This document shows, in pieces, positions 40,961 through 62,779 of a DNA stretch of 64,000 nucleotides (positions are counted from its first letter, which is position 1; every line of letters starts with the position of its first letter). Both the position numbers and the translations under genes were made by a program. The DNA comes from the human T2T-CHM13v2.0 reference genome, Homo sapiens. The notes under the pieces were generated by a model. That model was not told the DNA's origin, did not search any database, and saw only the letters and a list, made by a program, of their open reading frames with translations. The stretch lies in assembly GCF_009914755.1 (NCBI RefSeq), contig NC_060936.1, one strand, 5' to 3'.

Positions 40961-41524
40961 GGAAAAATATGTTATATGCTGGCATAAATAGGTTTGTAAG
41001 TTTTGTGTTTTGTGGGAGCAATTTAAGAAAGTCCCTGTTGGATTTCAGTTTTCTCTGTTCACTGTTGTCTCCCTGAAAATCAACTTGTCTGCCTTTTAGG
41101 ATTTAGAATAAAGTTATTATTTATTTATTTATTTGTCTTTTGTTACCATATATGCCTATAAACAACTGAAACTACTGAATGTGGTATTTAAACTATTTTA
41201 ATGATTGAACAATTTACTTATACAAAGTTAGCCTGAAGCCTTAGGGTAAAGGTTATATACGAAAATCAATAATAAAGGCTAGATCTAACTGGTTTAATGG
41301 AAAGAATCAATATGTTGTAAAAGAGCTTTTGAAAGTGGAATTTGTACACTGAAAAAGGGAAGTTTGCTTTTAGCAAAAAAAAAATCCATTATTTTCTTAA
41401 TTTCTTAAAGAGTAGATTTTTAATATTTTATTTTTTACATGTACATATGTGTATAAATGCATACATATTTAAATGTTTTAAAATCATATAATTTTGTGAA
41501 CCTTTTGTATCCTAAAAATTTTCT

Positions 41525-47736
<6,212 letters not shown>

Positions 47737-48445
47737 AAAAATTTTCTAAAATACGCCCTCCCACTTGATTTTCCTACCTCTACATTATTTACCCAATGAC
47801 CATGTCATAAACATAAGCATATGTATTCTTCTGCATTTTCTTTATTTTCCAAAGTTATAAGAAAAAATGCTTATATTAATATACCTACTGGGTTTTTAAA
47901 ATAAATTATTATTTTTCAGCAATGGGTCATAGTATACACTTTTTTGTGAATTTAGATTTTCTTTTTTGCACTCAACTATAGCTTATGGAAATCTTTCCAA
48001 GTCAACTGGTAAAGTTCTAATTTAGTCTTTTTAATATTTTAGATTGAGGTTTGTATTACAAATTATTCAGCCATTCCTATACTGGTGCTAATTTACATTT
48101 TTAGTAAAGTTTTTTCATTTTTGCTTCTGTAATCAATACTGCTAGACTAATCTTTTTATAAAATCTTTATACTAGTGTCATGTTACATATTTATATGTGT
48201 GTATGTGCATGTGCATATCATATGGTGGATAAATTCTTCTCAGAAAAGCAATTTCCAAAGTGTCTAGGTATTTTTTATTTTAATATAGTAGACTTAGGTT
48301 GTATAAAAACATGGTTGTAACAGTTAACATTTTTACCAGCAAGGCATAAGAGTGCTTTTATCCTTGCATCTCTACTAAACCAAAATGCAAGTTTTCAAAA
48401 GATATTGAGAAAAGTAGTCATCGATAAAGTTGATTATTTAATTTT

Positions 48446-48745
<300 letters not shown>

Positions 48746-49099
48746 TAAAATATTTTAAAGAGTGGAGATTGGTAGATTTGTGAAAAGGATTTTTCCTTTT
48801 TGGTATAAAGCTAAGAGATCCATGCATACCATCACTCAAGGAGAGTGCTGAGGACGTCCCTCTCTACCTAAAACCATTGCCTAGTTTGAAGAATAGTGGG
48901 GCAGTGATGACTACAGAAGTATTAGGAGTAGGATTTCCTAGTAAACCCTACTAAAAGGTTTAAAGATAAAATATGGGATACCCAAGCTGAATTAGAATGG
49001 CTGAATAATGAACGAATAGTCTTTTAGTAAGAATATATCCAAAATGTTTCAAAGCACACACTTATATTAAAAATGACATCTGACACTATAACTTATTCC

Positions 49100-49530
49100 T
49101 TATATTAAATCATATTTCTGTACACATTAAAAACTCCCCTTTATCCCCTCCTCCACCCCACACCCTTCCCAGTTTCTTGACATCCATGAGATCAGATTTG
49201 TAGCTCCCACATATGAGTGAGAATGTATGATATTTGTCTTCCTGTGTCTGGCTTATTTCACTTAACATGATCACCTTAAGTTGCATCCATATTGAGGGGA
49301 CTATAATTAACATTAATATTTTGTATATTTCAAAGTACCTAGAAAAGAATATTTAAAATAGTTCCTATTCAAAGAAATTATAAATGTTCAAGGGGATGGA
49401 TGGCCTAAATATCCTGATTTGATCATTACACATTTATACATTGTATGCATGTGTCAAAATATCATATGTACCCCATTAATATGTACAAATGCTATATATC
49501 AATTAAAAAATACAATTTAAGAGCAAAAAA
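49100..49530 (+). mobile_element. L1MA 3' end with an inverted 5' part (minus about 49100-49290, plus about 49290-49530)
   Basis: Antisense L1 3'UTR text abuts sense text ending ..aaaatatcatatgtaccccattaatatgtac..aattaaaaaa. Confidence 0.65.
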
Positions 49531-49822
49531 TAACATAATGCATAGGTATAAGCATATTTAAAATAGTTTAAACTTGGAGACTCTCTAAATGCCTATCAAT
49601 AAGAAAATAGATAAATTGTGATGCATTCATACTATAGAATACAACACTGCAGTTAAGGGTAATGAGTGTAATCTTCATATACTGACATGAAAACATATCC
49701 TTGAATAGAAAAAGGGTCTAGAAGAATACTATTAATAGTGACTGCTCTTTGAGGGAGTGACTTTCTTTTTTAACTTATATACTTCAGTATATTACTATAG
49801 TTTCATCAAAATAAGCATGTAT

Positions 49823-50148
<326 letters not shown>

Positions 50149-52633
50149 TTATTTTGAATTTTTGCATAATTAGTATTTAGAAAACATAATAAATACAAAC
50201 CAAATTTATAATTTAAAAAACATCTGTTATTTATCTAAAGTTCAAATTTAACTGAAAGTCCTATACTTTAAAGTGCTAAATCTGACAACCCTAACCAGGA
50301 GAGTGTGATATCTACACTCTTAGTTATGGCAATACAATTGACTAATCTTTCACACATGCCTTGGAAATCTAGATGGGCTAGTCACCTGCTTAGGGTGGGA
50401 TTAGCCTTACATTGGTCATTTGCCTGAACAGAGGATAGGTGTTTTCTCCCATTGACCAGATGTAGAACATGGGCAAAGGAAAGCAGTGCGGGGTGTGTGT
50501 CCTGCTCTGGTGCACTCCTAGAGGGACACTCCCCTGCTGAGTCCAGTTCACACCTCTACGGGCATGTCTGAACTCAGCAGAGGAACCAGAAGCAGAACAC
50601 TAATTCCTAGAACCTGAAGAAGGAATAGGCAAACCCCAAAGTAGAGTGCATTTGTGTGAGTCAAGGAAACTTCAGGTAAGAGAGTAATAGTGAGATTTCC
50701 AAAGAACCCACAAAAATAGCGAGGAGTGAGAAAGTCAGCATTTTTTTTTAAACCAAACAGACCAAAGAGTGTGAGGCTTCCCTATGACAGTAAGTAAGGT
50801 GCTTCATGTCTTACTTCACTTCTATTTTGCTTTGATTTGGACAGGGGCACAAACTTTGTCTTCTAAATGGTATTAATTCCAAAAACTTTCAATATAAATT
50901 ATTGAGGGTAGTTTAATTGATGTTAAGAAGAAGGAAGACAAAATGATAAAATCCTCAGGGTGCTGGGGTAAGAGTTACAGCTATTTATGTGTCCTATTCT
51001 GAATCCCAAGAATGCTAAATGTAATTTATCCTTTAAAATTTTCATGATGGGTCTTTCCAAATTGTAGGTCCTTAAAATGATCATATCTTTTGGTTCTTTG
51101 AATTCCCAACGTAAGGCCAAGTACTTTCTGCATGGTAGGTTAAACATATTTAATAATTGATTGGTGTCTGCTGGTGACCCTTGAAGGATGAGAAATAATA
51201 GAAAATCCAAGTCAATGGAACAGACAATAAGATCCCTGGGAAACCAGAAGCAGAGAGATTGGTTTTAGGACAGCTGAAGAAAGTCTAATGGAAAGAGTGG
51301 GGGGCCATGTGAGTTTTGCAGGAAAAATAGTCTTTAGGGAAGTTTTGCATGCAGAATGCTTTTCAGGCACATGTAGAATAGGCAAATGGAGGAGGTGTGA
51401 ATACATGGGTTGTACTTAGTAATTAAAGAGCAGTTGTCTTCGGATGAAGCACAAAGGACTGTACGGATGACTACTGAGAAACTTAAGAAACACATTAAAA
51501 TAGGTTGTAGTCATACAAATTTGAAATTTCTGCTATAACTTTTAAAGGTATTTGAGAAAAGAGGTGATTTACACAAAAATGATTTATTTATTTTTTTAAA
51601 AGTAAGTCCCAGTAAATTCTGAACTGGGAGAAGAGAAAGAGCAAGAGGTTAGAGGCAACAGGAGGCTGGAGCTGGAGTAATGGCCACATAGAGTGTTATT
51701 ATTTCAAGAACCCTGGAAGAAGTAGGTAAGGATTTGAATAGAACAGTGAAGTGAAACAGAAGAAATTCACATGAAAGGCACTGCAAAGAAGAGACTAATA
51801 CGATGGCAGAAAGAAGTAGAAATAAAAATTGGCAGGATAGATTGGAGCTGGGGAACATGATGGTCTCATTTTAAGAAATAAAATCTGGAAAGAGAAGAGA
51901 TTTAAAAGTCTATATGGTGTACTTTATTAAATGAAAAAAACTAAATTGTATAGACTTAAAAGATACTCACTCACTAGATACAAAAATATTTTGCAAATAA
52001 ATTTTGTTTTATATCTACGAAAAATGTAAATGCCTTTCCAAATTTATTTTTTAAATAAAAAACTGTTTCTTTTTAAAAGTGAAATACAGCTGTCTTTTTT
52101 TTTGTTCTTATGTAATAATTCTGCTGTTTTTAGTTCTCAGTCAGCAGGCAAGCAAGACCCTCAGTATATGTGTTTTCTTTATTTGGTTAGGTTTTGTTGG
52201 AATAATTTTTGTATTAAGTCTTATATTAGAATATGAATGTAAATGCTTTGAGAGATCAATTAGCAGTGAATTAAACATGACAGAAGATTTATTTCTCCTC
52301 TGCTTAAAAATCTAAGCTGGTATATAATCAGGTTTGAAAACGTTGCTTATTCATCATCAGCATAAATTTCATCCTTGGATTCAAGGTGATTGTTCTGCTT
52401 GTTGCTATTTCTCAGCTTAGGAGGAAAAAAGAATACGTAGAAGGCAAGTAGCCTTCCTCTTTTAAGAATGTGATCTGAAAGTTGCTCATATCCATTGGCT
52501 AAAACTTAGTCATATGGTTTGGAAAATGTTATGTCTAGGTGGGCATTGCAACCAAAATTGGAAGTAAGAGGAATTTGTTTCTAAAACAAAGAAGGATAGC
52601 CTTGTGTTAGAAAACTCATATCTGCTTATATTT

Positions 52634-52790
52634 CTTAAGAAAATTTTTGGTTTACTTTTGTATTTCTGTAAGAGCTGGGGTCTCACTATATTGCCCAGGC
52701 TGTTGTCAAACTCTTGCCTTCAAGCAATCCTCCTGCCTCAGCCTTCCAAGTAGCTGGTATTACAGGCATGAGCCACCGTACCAGGCCAAG
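52634..52790 (-). mobile_element. Free Alu monomer (FLAM-like)
   Basis: Single antisense Alu arm; TSD tctgcttatattt. Confidence 0.8.
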
Positions 52791-53724
52791 TCTGCTTATA
52801 TTTTATGTATTGCATTCTGTCCTATTAATGTATATTCATTATCTGTCTTTTTCTTTTCATTCTTTATGCTTTTTAAATTATAGATATTCTTATGAAATTT
52901 TAATTTATTATGTATAGCAGAAAGATGCCAAGACACTCAAGGACAATATCCTCTTTGGTAATTATTTGGATTGAAAGTAGTATGAAGCCATATCACTTGT
53001 CCAAATAAGAGTCTTTAGATTTACTCAAAATGATAATTTTCTATTTGATAGCCTAGATATATTAATTACAAGAGATAATTTCTGCTAGTCTGTAGTCTCC
53101 CTTACCTGAAGTGTTTTTTACATGATTAAACATGCATGGGAGGGTTTATTTGTTTATTTATTTTTGACTAAAGGGGATTCTTTTGGGGTTGATGTTCTTG
53201 GGAAGAGAAAAAAAGCTATGAGGGTGATAGAGATGAGGAGAATGCACACACTTGCTCCATAAACTGATCTTGAGCCATTTGAAAAGTGTTTCTAAATGAA
53301 AAGATGAATGAGCTGTGTATATGGACAAACGTGTTTGACCCTGGGCACAAAGCACTGCTGCTGAGAGACCCAGGGTTAATGGTGACATGAGTTCTAGATA
53401 TTCATTTTTCATCCATTCCTCAACCCCGACACAGACAGTAAGATGTATTTGTGGTCCCAAGGACTAACAGAGGAAGGAAGAAGGGGTCACTGTGCCTGAA
53501 GATCATGGAGTATGGGGAAAGTCAAGAGTAGTGTGTTAAAGTTGAAGAAAGATAAGTGTATTTATTGTGTTCCTACACGGGAGTCCCAGAAACACCTGGG
53601 TGATCGTGATGGTGGTAAATCTGGTGGAAGTCCTCATTAATGGATAGGTGTAGACTTGGAGCAGGGGACCATAATGGATTATTTCCAATGTAACTTAATA
53701 TGCGCTTAGAGATAAAGTTTAGGA

Positions 53725-53887
53725 CAGTACTTCTGAAACTTTAATGTACATATGAATCACCAGGAGACCTTGTTAAAAGGCAGATTCTGATTTAGTAGCT
53801 GGGGTGGGGCTGAGATTGTGCCTTTCTAATAAATTCTCCGGTGATGCTGTGCTGCTGTTCCACAAACAACACTTCCAGTAGCAAGGG
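53725..53887. mobile_element. MER5A-like hAT MITE
   Basis: gaatcaccaggagaccttgttaaaaggcagattctg..ggggtggggctgaga..tttctaataaattctccggtgatgctg. Confidence 0.8.
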
Positions 53888-54070
53888 ATTAGTAATATTG
53901 AATTAATCAAGGTCTCATCCTCACCATCTGCTAATTCTTATTGCTTTCTTTCCTACAGTCAGAAAAGCCTGAATTTCAAAACTGACTATGCTACTTACAA
54001 GTGTCATTGAGTAAGTTATTTAACTTCCCTGAGGCTTAGTTTCACTACTCAAGTAGATTTTTATTAGCAT

Positions 54071-54425
54071 TGTAGTATTTGCTATTTCTATCCAGCAGAT
54101 ATTTCGATTTTCTTCCTGTGCACCTGGTTGGATTGCATGATTAAGCCCGTTTGGAGTTAGGTGAGGCTACATATATGCTTTGGTCATTAGTATGTAGGCA
54201 AAAATTTTAATATATCACTTGTGTGGTTTGTTACCTTCTCTTTTTGTCTGCTATGATCATTGGTAATGTTCTAGTAAATGTTTTATCATGGGAACCACTA
54301 GAGTAAAGCCCTTAGCAAACCCTTGGTGGACATGTAACATGCAAATAAACTTTTATTGCTTTAAGCCATTGAGATCGTGGAGTATGTATTATTTCAGTGC
54401 AACATGGCATACTCTGACTGATAGA
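54071..54425 (+). mobile_element. Old MLT1 LTR
   Basis: 3' part aaataaacttttattgctttaagccattgagat..actctgactgata. Confidence 0.6.
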
Positions 54426-55375
54426 AGCATTAAATGGAAAAAGTCACATACATTGGTTATGACACAGATATTCTTTTCCCATTGTTTTCTGCTTCCAACC
54501 TCTTATAATCTAGCTTTTTGTCATCTCTCTGTGTATATATAATAAGAGTAACAAGATAATTTAGAAATTGGCTAAAAGCTACATTTATGTTTTTTAAAAA
54601 ATCCTTTTTCATTCTTATAAAGTAATAGTAATTCAAAAATGCAGAACTTGCAGATAAATAAGGCCTCTTTTTCTCCATGATCATGTCACGTCAGCTAGAC
54701 TGTTCCAATGAATTCTAATCTGTTGGGTGATATGTAACAGTAACTGATTGGGAAGCACAACAACTGATGAAGCAGGCCCATGAAATGGACACTTAGTCAG
54801 AGGGATGGCTGTTTTCTATTTATAATATTGCATTTTTATTTCTGCATTTTTTTGTTTGCAAAAAGAATGTCATTTTTATTATTTCTCTGGAAACCAATTT
54901 GAGTTTGGCATGAATGTAGCAAATGCTCTTCTATTCTTGAGCTGTTAGTTCTTTTAATGTTTCCTCTACCCTAAGAAGAAAAGTGCTAAGCAGCATTTCT
55001 TTGACCTTTTTGCTGGGTTATAATTTAAATGTCTGGTATTTCTTTTTCTGCTCACCTTTCATCCTGCTCTATAATCCATGTGACAGAACAAGAATCACTA
55101 GCGAATCAAAATAGAGACAATTTACAAGTAATGTTTAAACCAATCTGCCTTTGAACTTTCCTTGTAATTATTCTCTGTCATTTCTCCTTTTTTTTCTAAT
55201 TTATATACTAACTCTCTCTCTAAGGGAAGTTTTTTCTTTATCTCTCATTGTACTTATGTTGTTTTAAAAATATATCCCTTAACTCTTGAAAATATTAATA
55301 TATAAGATTTCTCTTTTCATGATTCCACTTAACATATGTAATATCTTGAAATTCAAGCGCAATGCCCAATAGCCA

Positions 55376-55760
55376 TTTATTCATTCATTCATGCATTCAA
55401 CAAATATTCGTTGTAGCATTCTATTTAGTTATGAGTACATAGCGTTGAAAAAAATTGTAGCTCATGAGGGATGAGCTTCATCCTTCATGAAGCATATATT
55501 CTAGTAGATAGAGCCAGGTAATAGACAACAAAAGAAGTATGCAAGAAAGTAATGTTATAGGAGAAAAATGAATCAGAAGAAGAAGGCACAGAGTGTCCTC
55601 AAGTATGCTGCTACTTTAAATAAGATATACTGGGAAGGCCTTGTCCATAAAGTAGTATTTAAGCAGAAGCCTGACAGAGGTAGAGGCAGAATTATGAGAT
55701 ATCAGTGGAAGAACTTTCAGACAAGAGGAAATAGCAAGTATAAATGGCAACATTGTCACT
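55376..55760 (-). mobile_element. L2 3' fragment
   Basis: ttcattcattcatgcattcaacaaatatt start. Confidence 0.7.
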
Positions 55761-56383
55761 AGACTCAGGTTGATGTAGGATTTGCCAACTTCCCTTTTGA
55801 CTTTGAAGGTTGCTCTGGGAATCAATAATGAGTGACAGATGGAAGAGGAGAGAGGGTAGCTGCATGGAAAGTTTTATGAATTAGTCTTGGGTGTGGAGTG
55901 CCTCACTTTTTCTTCATTCCATTGACCAGGAATTACTTAGATGACCACATCTAAATGCATGGGAGGTTAGGAAATAAACTATAGCCTGGTATTCAGGAGG
56001 GAAAGAATAGGGAATTGAGAAATAAATGAGTAGTTTCTGACTTAGCATATACAATACTGTACTGAATTTTTTATATTATTTATAATTTGCTATCTCTGAG
56101 TATCAAAATACTGAACACATCCAATGAATGAAATTCTTAGAATAATTATAGGACTATCCATTAAGACATCATGTTATTACAATAAACAAACAGTACTTTG
56201 TTCTAGTGAGCAGTATATTGAGAGAGTATGATTCCTTTGGATTGCAAATGACCCACTGCGGCAGCCAAGTCTCATAATACTTGGGATGTCTTTCACATAA
56301 CTCTGCTTTGACTGTACCTTTGTGGTTAAAGGAGGCCTCCTTGAGATATTCCTTTGGGTCCCATTAGTGGAAAGCAGGGCATC

Positions 56384-56783
56384 TGTATTAGTCTGTTTTC
56401 ACACCACTGTAAAGAATATTACCTGAGACTGTGTAATTATAAAGGAAAGAGGTTTAATTGACTCAAAGTCCCGCAGGCATAATAGAAGCATGGCTAGGGA
56501 GACCTCAGGAAACTTACAATCATGGCAGAAGGGGAAGCAGCCTCCTTCTTCACAAGGCAGCAGGAAACAGCATGAATGTGAGCACAGAAAAAAACTGCCA
56601 CTTTTAAAACTATCAGATCTCGTGAGACTCACTCACTATCATGAAAATAGCATGGAAGAAACCTCTCCCAAATCCTATCACTTTCCTCTCTCTACCCATT
56701 GGGATTACAAGTCCCTCCCTCCACATGTGAAGATTACAATTTGTGATGAGATTTGGATGGGGACACAGAGCCAAACAATATCA
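56384..56783 (-). mobile_element. MaLR solo LTR (MSTA/THE1D-like)
   Basis: tgtattagtctgttttcacac...ggggacacagagccaaacaatatca; exact TSD gcatc. Confidence 0.9.
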
Positions 56784-57050
56784 GCATCCAAGTTTACTGT
56801 TCCAACAAGACCACTCTTTACTTGAAATGGGTAATTTTTCAAAATAAATAAAGCTGCTTTTAGGGAAAATGGATAATGAAGAATGCAAATGATAGATCTT
56901 CACTGTTTTATACATACATATGTGTTTGTTTACATATATATAACATAAAATGTACTAAATAATATATTGTACATAGCAAGCAGTATGTAATATATAAGAT
57001 GTGATCTGTGTGTATATATACATATACCTATGTAAATATGTATACATATA

Positions 57051-57276
57051 CAGTTTGAGCATCTCAAATCTCAAATCTGAAATTGTACAAAATCTGAAAC
57101 TTTTACTGAGCACCAACGTGATGCTCAAAATAAACGCTCATAGAAGCATTTCAGATTTCAGATTTTGGGATTTGGGATGCTCAACCAGTAAATAAGGCAA
57201 ATATTACAAAATCTGAAAAAATCTGAAATCCAAAACACTCTGGCCCTAAGCATTTTGGATAAGGGATACTCCACCT
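57051..57276. mobile_element. Tigger4a/MER46-like DNA transposon
   Basis: cagtttgagcat... / ...gatactccacctg termini; repeated aaatctgaaa. Confidence 0.8.
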
Positions 57277-57629
57277 GCATATATGTCTGCCATATTTGAT
57301 TCGCATAATGGAAAAGAAGAACAATAACTCTTATTTAAGTTAGGCAGAGTTCATTTAGCATATTAAAACGCTTGTTTTCTGTCTAATCATAATTGGCTAA
57401 AAAACAAAGAAAAAGATCACATGTCATGATTGTATTTATTTTCATTTGCTATGTGATTTGGTAGTTATGGTATAAAAACCTTGGAGATTTTATTAAATAG
57501 GTCAGGTCCACATTCAAATAAGCAGATTTCTATTATATGTTAATCTGCTGAGCATATTGCTGTTCATATTTGCTTCACTACTTCTTGAATGAATAGAAGA
57601 GTTAAGGGGTAGATGGGGATTAAGGGGTA

Positions 57630-57870
57630 GATGAAGCTTCTGAGAACAGAGTGCCTGGGTTTGAGTCCTGGCTCCACTATTTACTAGCTGGTTGATCTTG
57701 TGTAAAATACTAATCTCGGCCTCAGTTTCCTTATCTGTAAAATGGGGATGAAAACAGTATCCCTCTCATAGGACTATTGTGAGGATTAAGTGAGTTAATA
57801 TATGCAGAGTACTTGGAACAGCATCTAGTACATAGAAGGCACGATGTAAGTGTTAGCTGTTTCTGTTAAT
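57630..57870 (+). mobile_element. MIR element
   Basis: gcctgggtttgagtcctggctccact..gcctcagtttccttatctgtaaaatgggga. Confidence 0.85.
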
Positions 57871-58128
57871 TATTTATTTTTTCAAACTCTGGAATAAATC
57901 ATAAGCCCTTGAAGATAAAGATCACGTCTTAAAAATTATATTTAGCCCTTAACACAGTGTCCTATAAGGTACCTAACACATGTTTTTGAATGAATAAAGT
58001 AATGAGCAAACAGTTACACATTCTAGCATTCATGTTGTATGTTTAATGTAGCCCATTCCTTACTTAACTCAAACTACCTTTGTTACTTTGTGACTAAACT
58101 GTTATTTTTCAATAATAAAGATAAAATG

Positions 58129-58427
58129 CGCTGGGGTAGGTGGCTCATGCCTGTAATCCCAGCACTTTGGGAGGCTGAGGTGGGCAGATCACTTGAGGTC
58201 AGGAGGTCGAGACTAGCCTGGCCAGCATGGCAAAACCCTGTCTGTACTGAAAATACAAAAATTAGCCAGGCATAGTGGTGGGCACCTGTAATTCCAGCTA
58301 CTCAGGAGGCTGAGGCAGGAGAATTGCTTGAACCTGGGAGGCGGAGGTTGTGATGAGCTGAGATCATGTCATTGCACTGCAGCCTGGGCGACAGAGTGAG
58401 ATTCCATTTCAAAAAGGAAAAAAATAA
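58129..58427 (+). mobile_element. AluS element
   Basis: Dimeric Alu; TSD aaagataaaatg. Confidence 0.92.
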
Positions 58428-58739
58428 AAAGATAAAATGATATATTTTTTAATAAAACTACGTAGCTGTTAATGATTTGTTTCAATTGTGTGTGCCCCGC
58501 ATTGTCAGTGGGAGTACAGTTGAACTAATCTTGATGGGAAAAAAATGACATTATTCTATACAATTGACTACTCACATATTTTCCCAGAAATTCTACACCT
58601 AGTTAAGGATCTAAGATAACTTCTTGCACCTATAAACAGAAGACATACAAAAGCATTCATAATAAAACTGTTCATAAAAACAAATTCCAGGAACCATCTA
58701 AATGTTCAGAAGAACACGGATAAACAAGCTGTGGTAATA

Positions 58740-59070
58740 CAGTCATCTCTATTTGTTGTTTGAGATCGGTTCCAGACCTCCCTTGGATACTGAAATTTGC
58801 AGTTGCTCAAGTCCCTGCTACCAAATGGTGTAGTATTTGCATATAACCTATGCACATCCTCCTGTAAACTTTAACTTATCTCGAGATTACTTATAATACC
58901 TCACACAATGTAAATGCTATGTAAATAGTTGATATGCTGTATTGTTTAGAGAATAGTAACAATAAAAATGTCTGTCAGGTTCAGTACAGACATAATTTTT
59001 TGAAAAGTATTTTCCACCTGTGTTTGGTTGAATCCACAGTTGAGGAACCCACTGATACAGAGGGCTGAGT
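58740..59070. mobile_element. MER2 (TcMar-Tigger) element
   Basis: gctcaagtccctg..aaatggtgtagtatttgcatataacctatgcacatcctcc; ggaacccactgatacagagggctga. Confidence 0.85.
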
Positions 59071-59104
59071 GTATATAGAATAAAATAGAAAAGTATAGTA
59101 GATT

Positions 59105-59615
59105 GTAGCAGTAAAAATCCCAACTTTTATTTATCCCTTCCTTAATCCATGTGTTTAGATAGCACCTTTGCTTACTGACTCTGGGCCTTACCACATGCTT
59201 TGGCCAATGGGACAACAGCAAACGTGTTTCAAGAAGAAACTTAAAAAATGCTTGTTTATTGGAGCTTGTGGCTCATGGAAACTCTGTGACTGCCACTGTT
59301 TGTACAAGCCCATGCCAACTGGCTGAAAACATGTTTTTCCAGTTAACGTTATAACCTGAGCTGACAGCCATCACTTACCGACAGCCAGCACGTATCGCCA
59401 AACATGTAAGGAATGCCATCCTTGAGTGTCCAAGTTCCACATAAGTCTGTGAGGTGATTCTAGCTGTACATGTGTGCATAGGGAAACCAGCATAATAAGT
59501 ATTGTCCATTTAAGCCTAACCTAAGTTGTTGACCCACAGAATTGTGAGCTTATCCTTGAACGCTCTTTTAAGCCACTGAGTTTTGATATGGTTTATTATG
59601 CAGCAAAAACCAACT
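59105..59615 (+). mobile_element. Old MLT1 LTR
   Basis: gacccacagaattgtgagc..ttttaagccactgagttttg..tatgcagcaa 3' end. Confidence 0.65.
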
Positions 59616-59638
59616 CTTGTGAGAGTAAAGGGAAATGA

Positions 59639-59987
<349 letters not shown>

Positions 59988-61837
59988 GTACTGTTAATTT
60001 TTTAAAAAGCAAGTAGCAGAGGTCTACCTGAAGTTTGCAAACCTATTAAGAAGTAAATATAAATAAACATTGCCAAAATAAAGATAATGCTTAAGCATTT
60101 ATATATTATGTATGTTAGTAATTAAGCAAAAATTAACCACAATTTCAGAATATAAAGATGACAGTGTTTAATATTTTAATGTTCTTAACTAGCATATTTC
60201 TATACATAAAGGTAACATAATTGAATCGTAAAATGAATTAAAATGTACATATTTTTATACCTTAACATGCTATTAAATTCTCCAAAAATATAATTGAAGA
60301 CTGCTACTAATTCATCATATCAAATAATGTATATATTTAATCAGTCTCTCATTCTTGGCATTTGGGTTATTTATAACTTTTTATTAACAAATGCAGTAAA
60401 CAGCTTGGTATATAATTTTATACATTTTGAGACACAATCCCCATAGAATAACTCCTTAAAAGTAGTTTTAATAAAAATATTATAAATATACTCAAAAGTT
60501 ATTAATACATTTTTATTAATTGCATTTTGGAAAGGGCAAAAATTTATATTCCAGCAGAAATGTGTGAGGTTACTTTCAATGTTTAACTCATGCAAGCATT
60601 TGGTATTATTCTATTGATAAACTGACAAATTGATAGGCAAAAATAACATCTCATTTTTAATTAAGTTACTAGATGAACGTACAATCTTATTCATTAGTCA
60701 TTTGTATTTTCACATATCTGAATTATCTTTTCATGTACTTTACTCTGAATACCTTCTTTTGACCGTTTATAATACAGTTGATTGGGTTCCACCTTTCTTA
60801 ATTACAATCACATTCTAGTACCTGCTATAGAGATTATACCCTCATCACCTTGATTGTACTTCAGTGTTTCTGCAGTTTTCAGTCACACATTTAAAACCAT
60901 ACTTTTCTCATGATTAACCTCTTATTTTATGAGTATCTTATTATTCATATATTTGTACAGTGAGTTTTATTCCTTTGAAATACAAGACCAAGCTGAGATG
61001 GCTCATTTTGAGTTGGTTCTTAATAACTATATAAGGCATAATTATTTCCATAATTAAAGAGCACCTCAGTAGTTCTTAAAGAAATTAGAAGAAAAAGTTA
61101 TAAAAAAATTTATATCACTTTGTTTCTACATAGACTCTACCATTTGGTTTAAGAATTTGCCAATTGTGGAATGAAATTAGTGTGATCACAGAAGATAACA
61201 CTATTTGAAAACTTCAAGTGAACGAAATGTGGTTTCAAGATGATAGATTAATAACAAAATTAAAACAAATGGTATCTTGGTAAACTTCCTTTTGGTAGCC
61301 AAACTTGGATACAAATGGTCTTTCATTTTGTAAGTTAAAGAAAATGATAAATGTGAAATGCCCACTAGTCTAATTCAAAGATCTATTGGGTCACTCATTC
61401 TGTTTTGTTTTTCAATGACTAAATAAAGAGGAATCAAAACTATATTTAGGAAAACATAAAAGACGGATTAAAGTGAAACGAATAAAAATGGAAATAACAC
61501 CAAAAGGTGAAAATTCAAGGAAATTATATTATTAGGCTCCTGACTGTAAAGACATAGAGTATAATGAAGCTAATTCTTTCCAAGTGGCAATAATTTCCCA
61601 ATGAGTTTATTTTGAAGTCTAACTTAAAACAAAATCACATTTGCTTTTTCTTCTGAGTTAAAACTTTTTGGATGTATTCATATTTTTCTCTGTTAACACT
61701 GTAAAGGTACAGTGAGCACACAGGATGAGTTATATGTAGAAGTGTTCAGGTTTGAAGCCTAAAGCTTTTGGCTACCGCAAGTCATTCATTAGGTTGGGAT
61801 GCCATAATAAACACCCTTGAAACAGCACATTTTTCAT

Positions 61838-61920
61838 TATATATATATATATATATATATATATTTCATTATATATATATTTATTTTTATTTTTCTCCAT
61901 ATATATATATATATATATAT
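61838..61920. repeat. Interrupted (TA)n microsatellite
   Basis: Direct reading. Confidence 0.9.
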
Positions 61921-62779
61921 TTCCTTACAAAACTGAGTTTAGACCTGTAGGCAATTGAGAGTGCATGAAAACAAAAGTATTTTTGTTTTTAGAAAGGCCA
62001 TCAAATTAGTGCTAGAAGACACCCCTCCCTTTAGGCATACGTGTTCCAAGACTTTATCCCTAAAGGGTTTATTTAGGACAATATTTTGACTTCCTAGACT
62101 ACCATTATGCCATTATTCCCATAGTACTGATAGGTGGAAATAGTATTAAAATGGATGTAGCTAATCAGGAAATAGGCTCTACATATTACAATAGTTCTTA
62201 AAGATATTAAAGATAATAACTTGACATGTGAAAAATTGTTATAAGAGCACTGCAACAGTAGCATAATTAAATACAATTTAGATTTGTCCTGAATCTGCCT
62301 ATCAAAACTATTTGTTTGAAAATCAAGTCCTTTATATCTCTCTGAATATGCAGCAAGTTCTTTTCAGTCAGTAATACAATAGATGAATATTGTACTACTC
62401 ACAGAAATCTTTAGCATTCATTAGGATTTCATTATGGAGTTAAGGAGGAAATAGAGAAAAGGAATTGCCTTCTGTCAAAAGAATTTACATGTAGTTTGCT
62501 TCAGGAGACTGATTGCTACAGAGAGAAGGGGAAGATAATGTGATTTGTTAATGATAACCAAACAGTATTGCGGACAACCTCATCATTTGTAGCTTTTATT
62601 AGATTGTCATTATTCAATGCTAAGAATACTTTGCATTTCCATTGTTACTCACACTTTCAGAGAGTCTGACATGCTTCATTCCTACAGCCCTTCTGCCTTT
62701 CAGTTGAAATAACCACTTGGAAATAAGTAGCTGTAATTAAGGTAAAGGGTGACAAATAAACATTTGCTTAAACACATAC

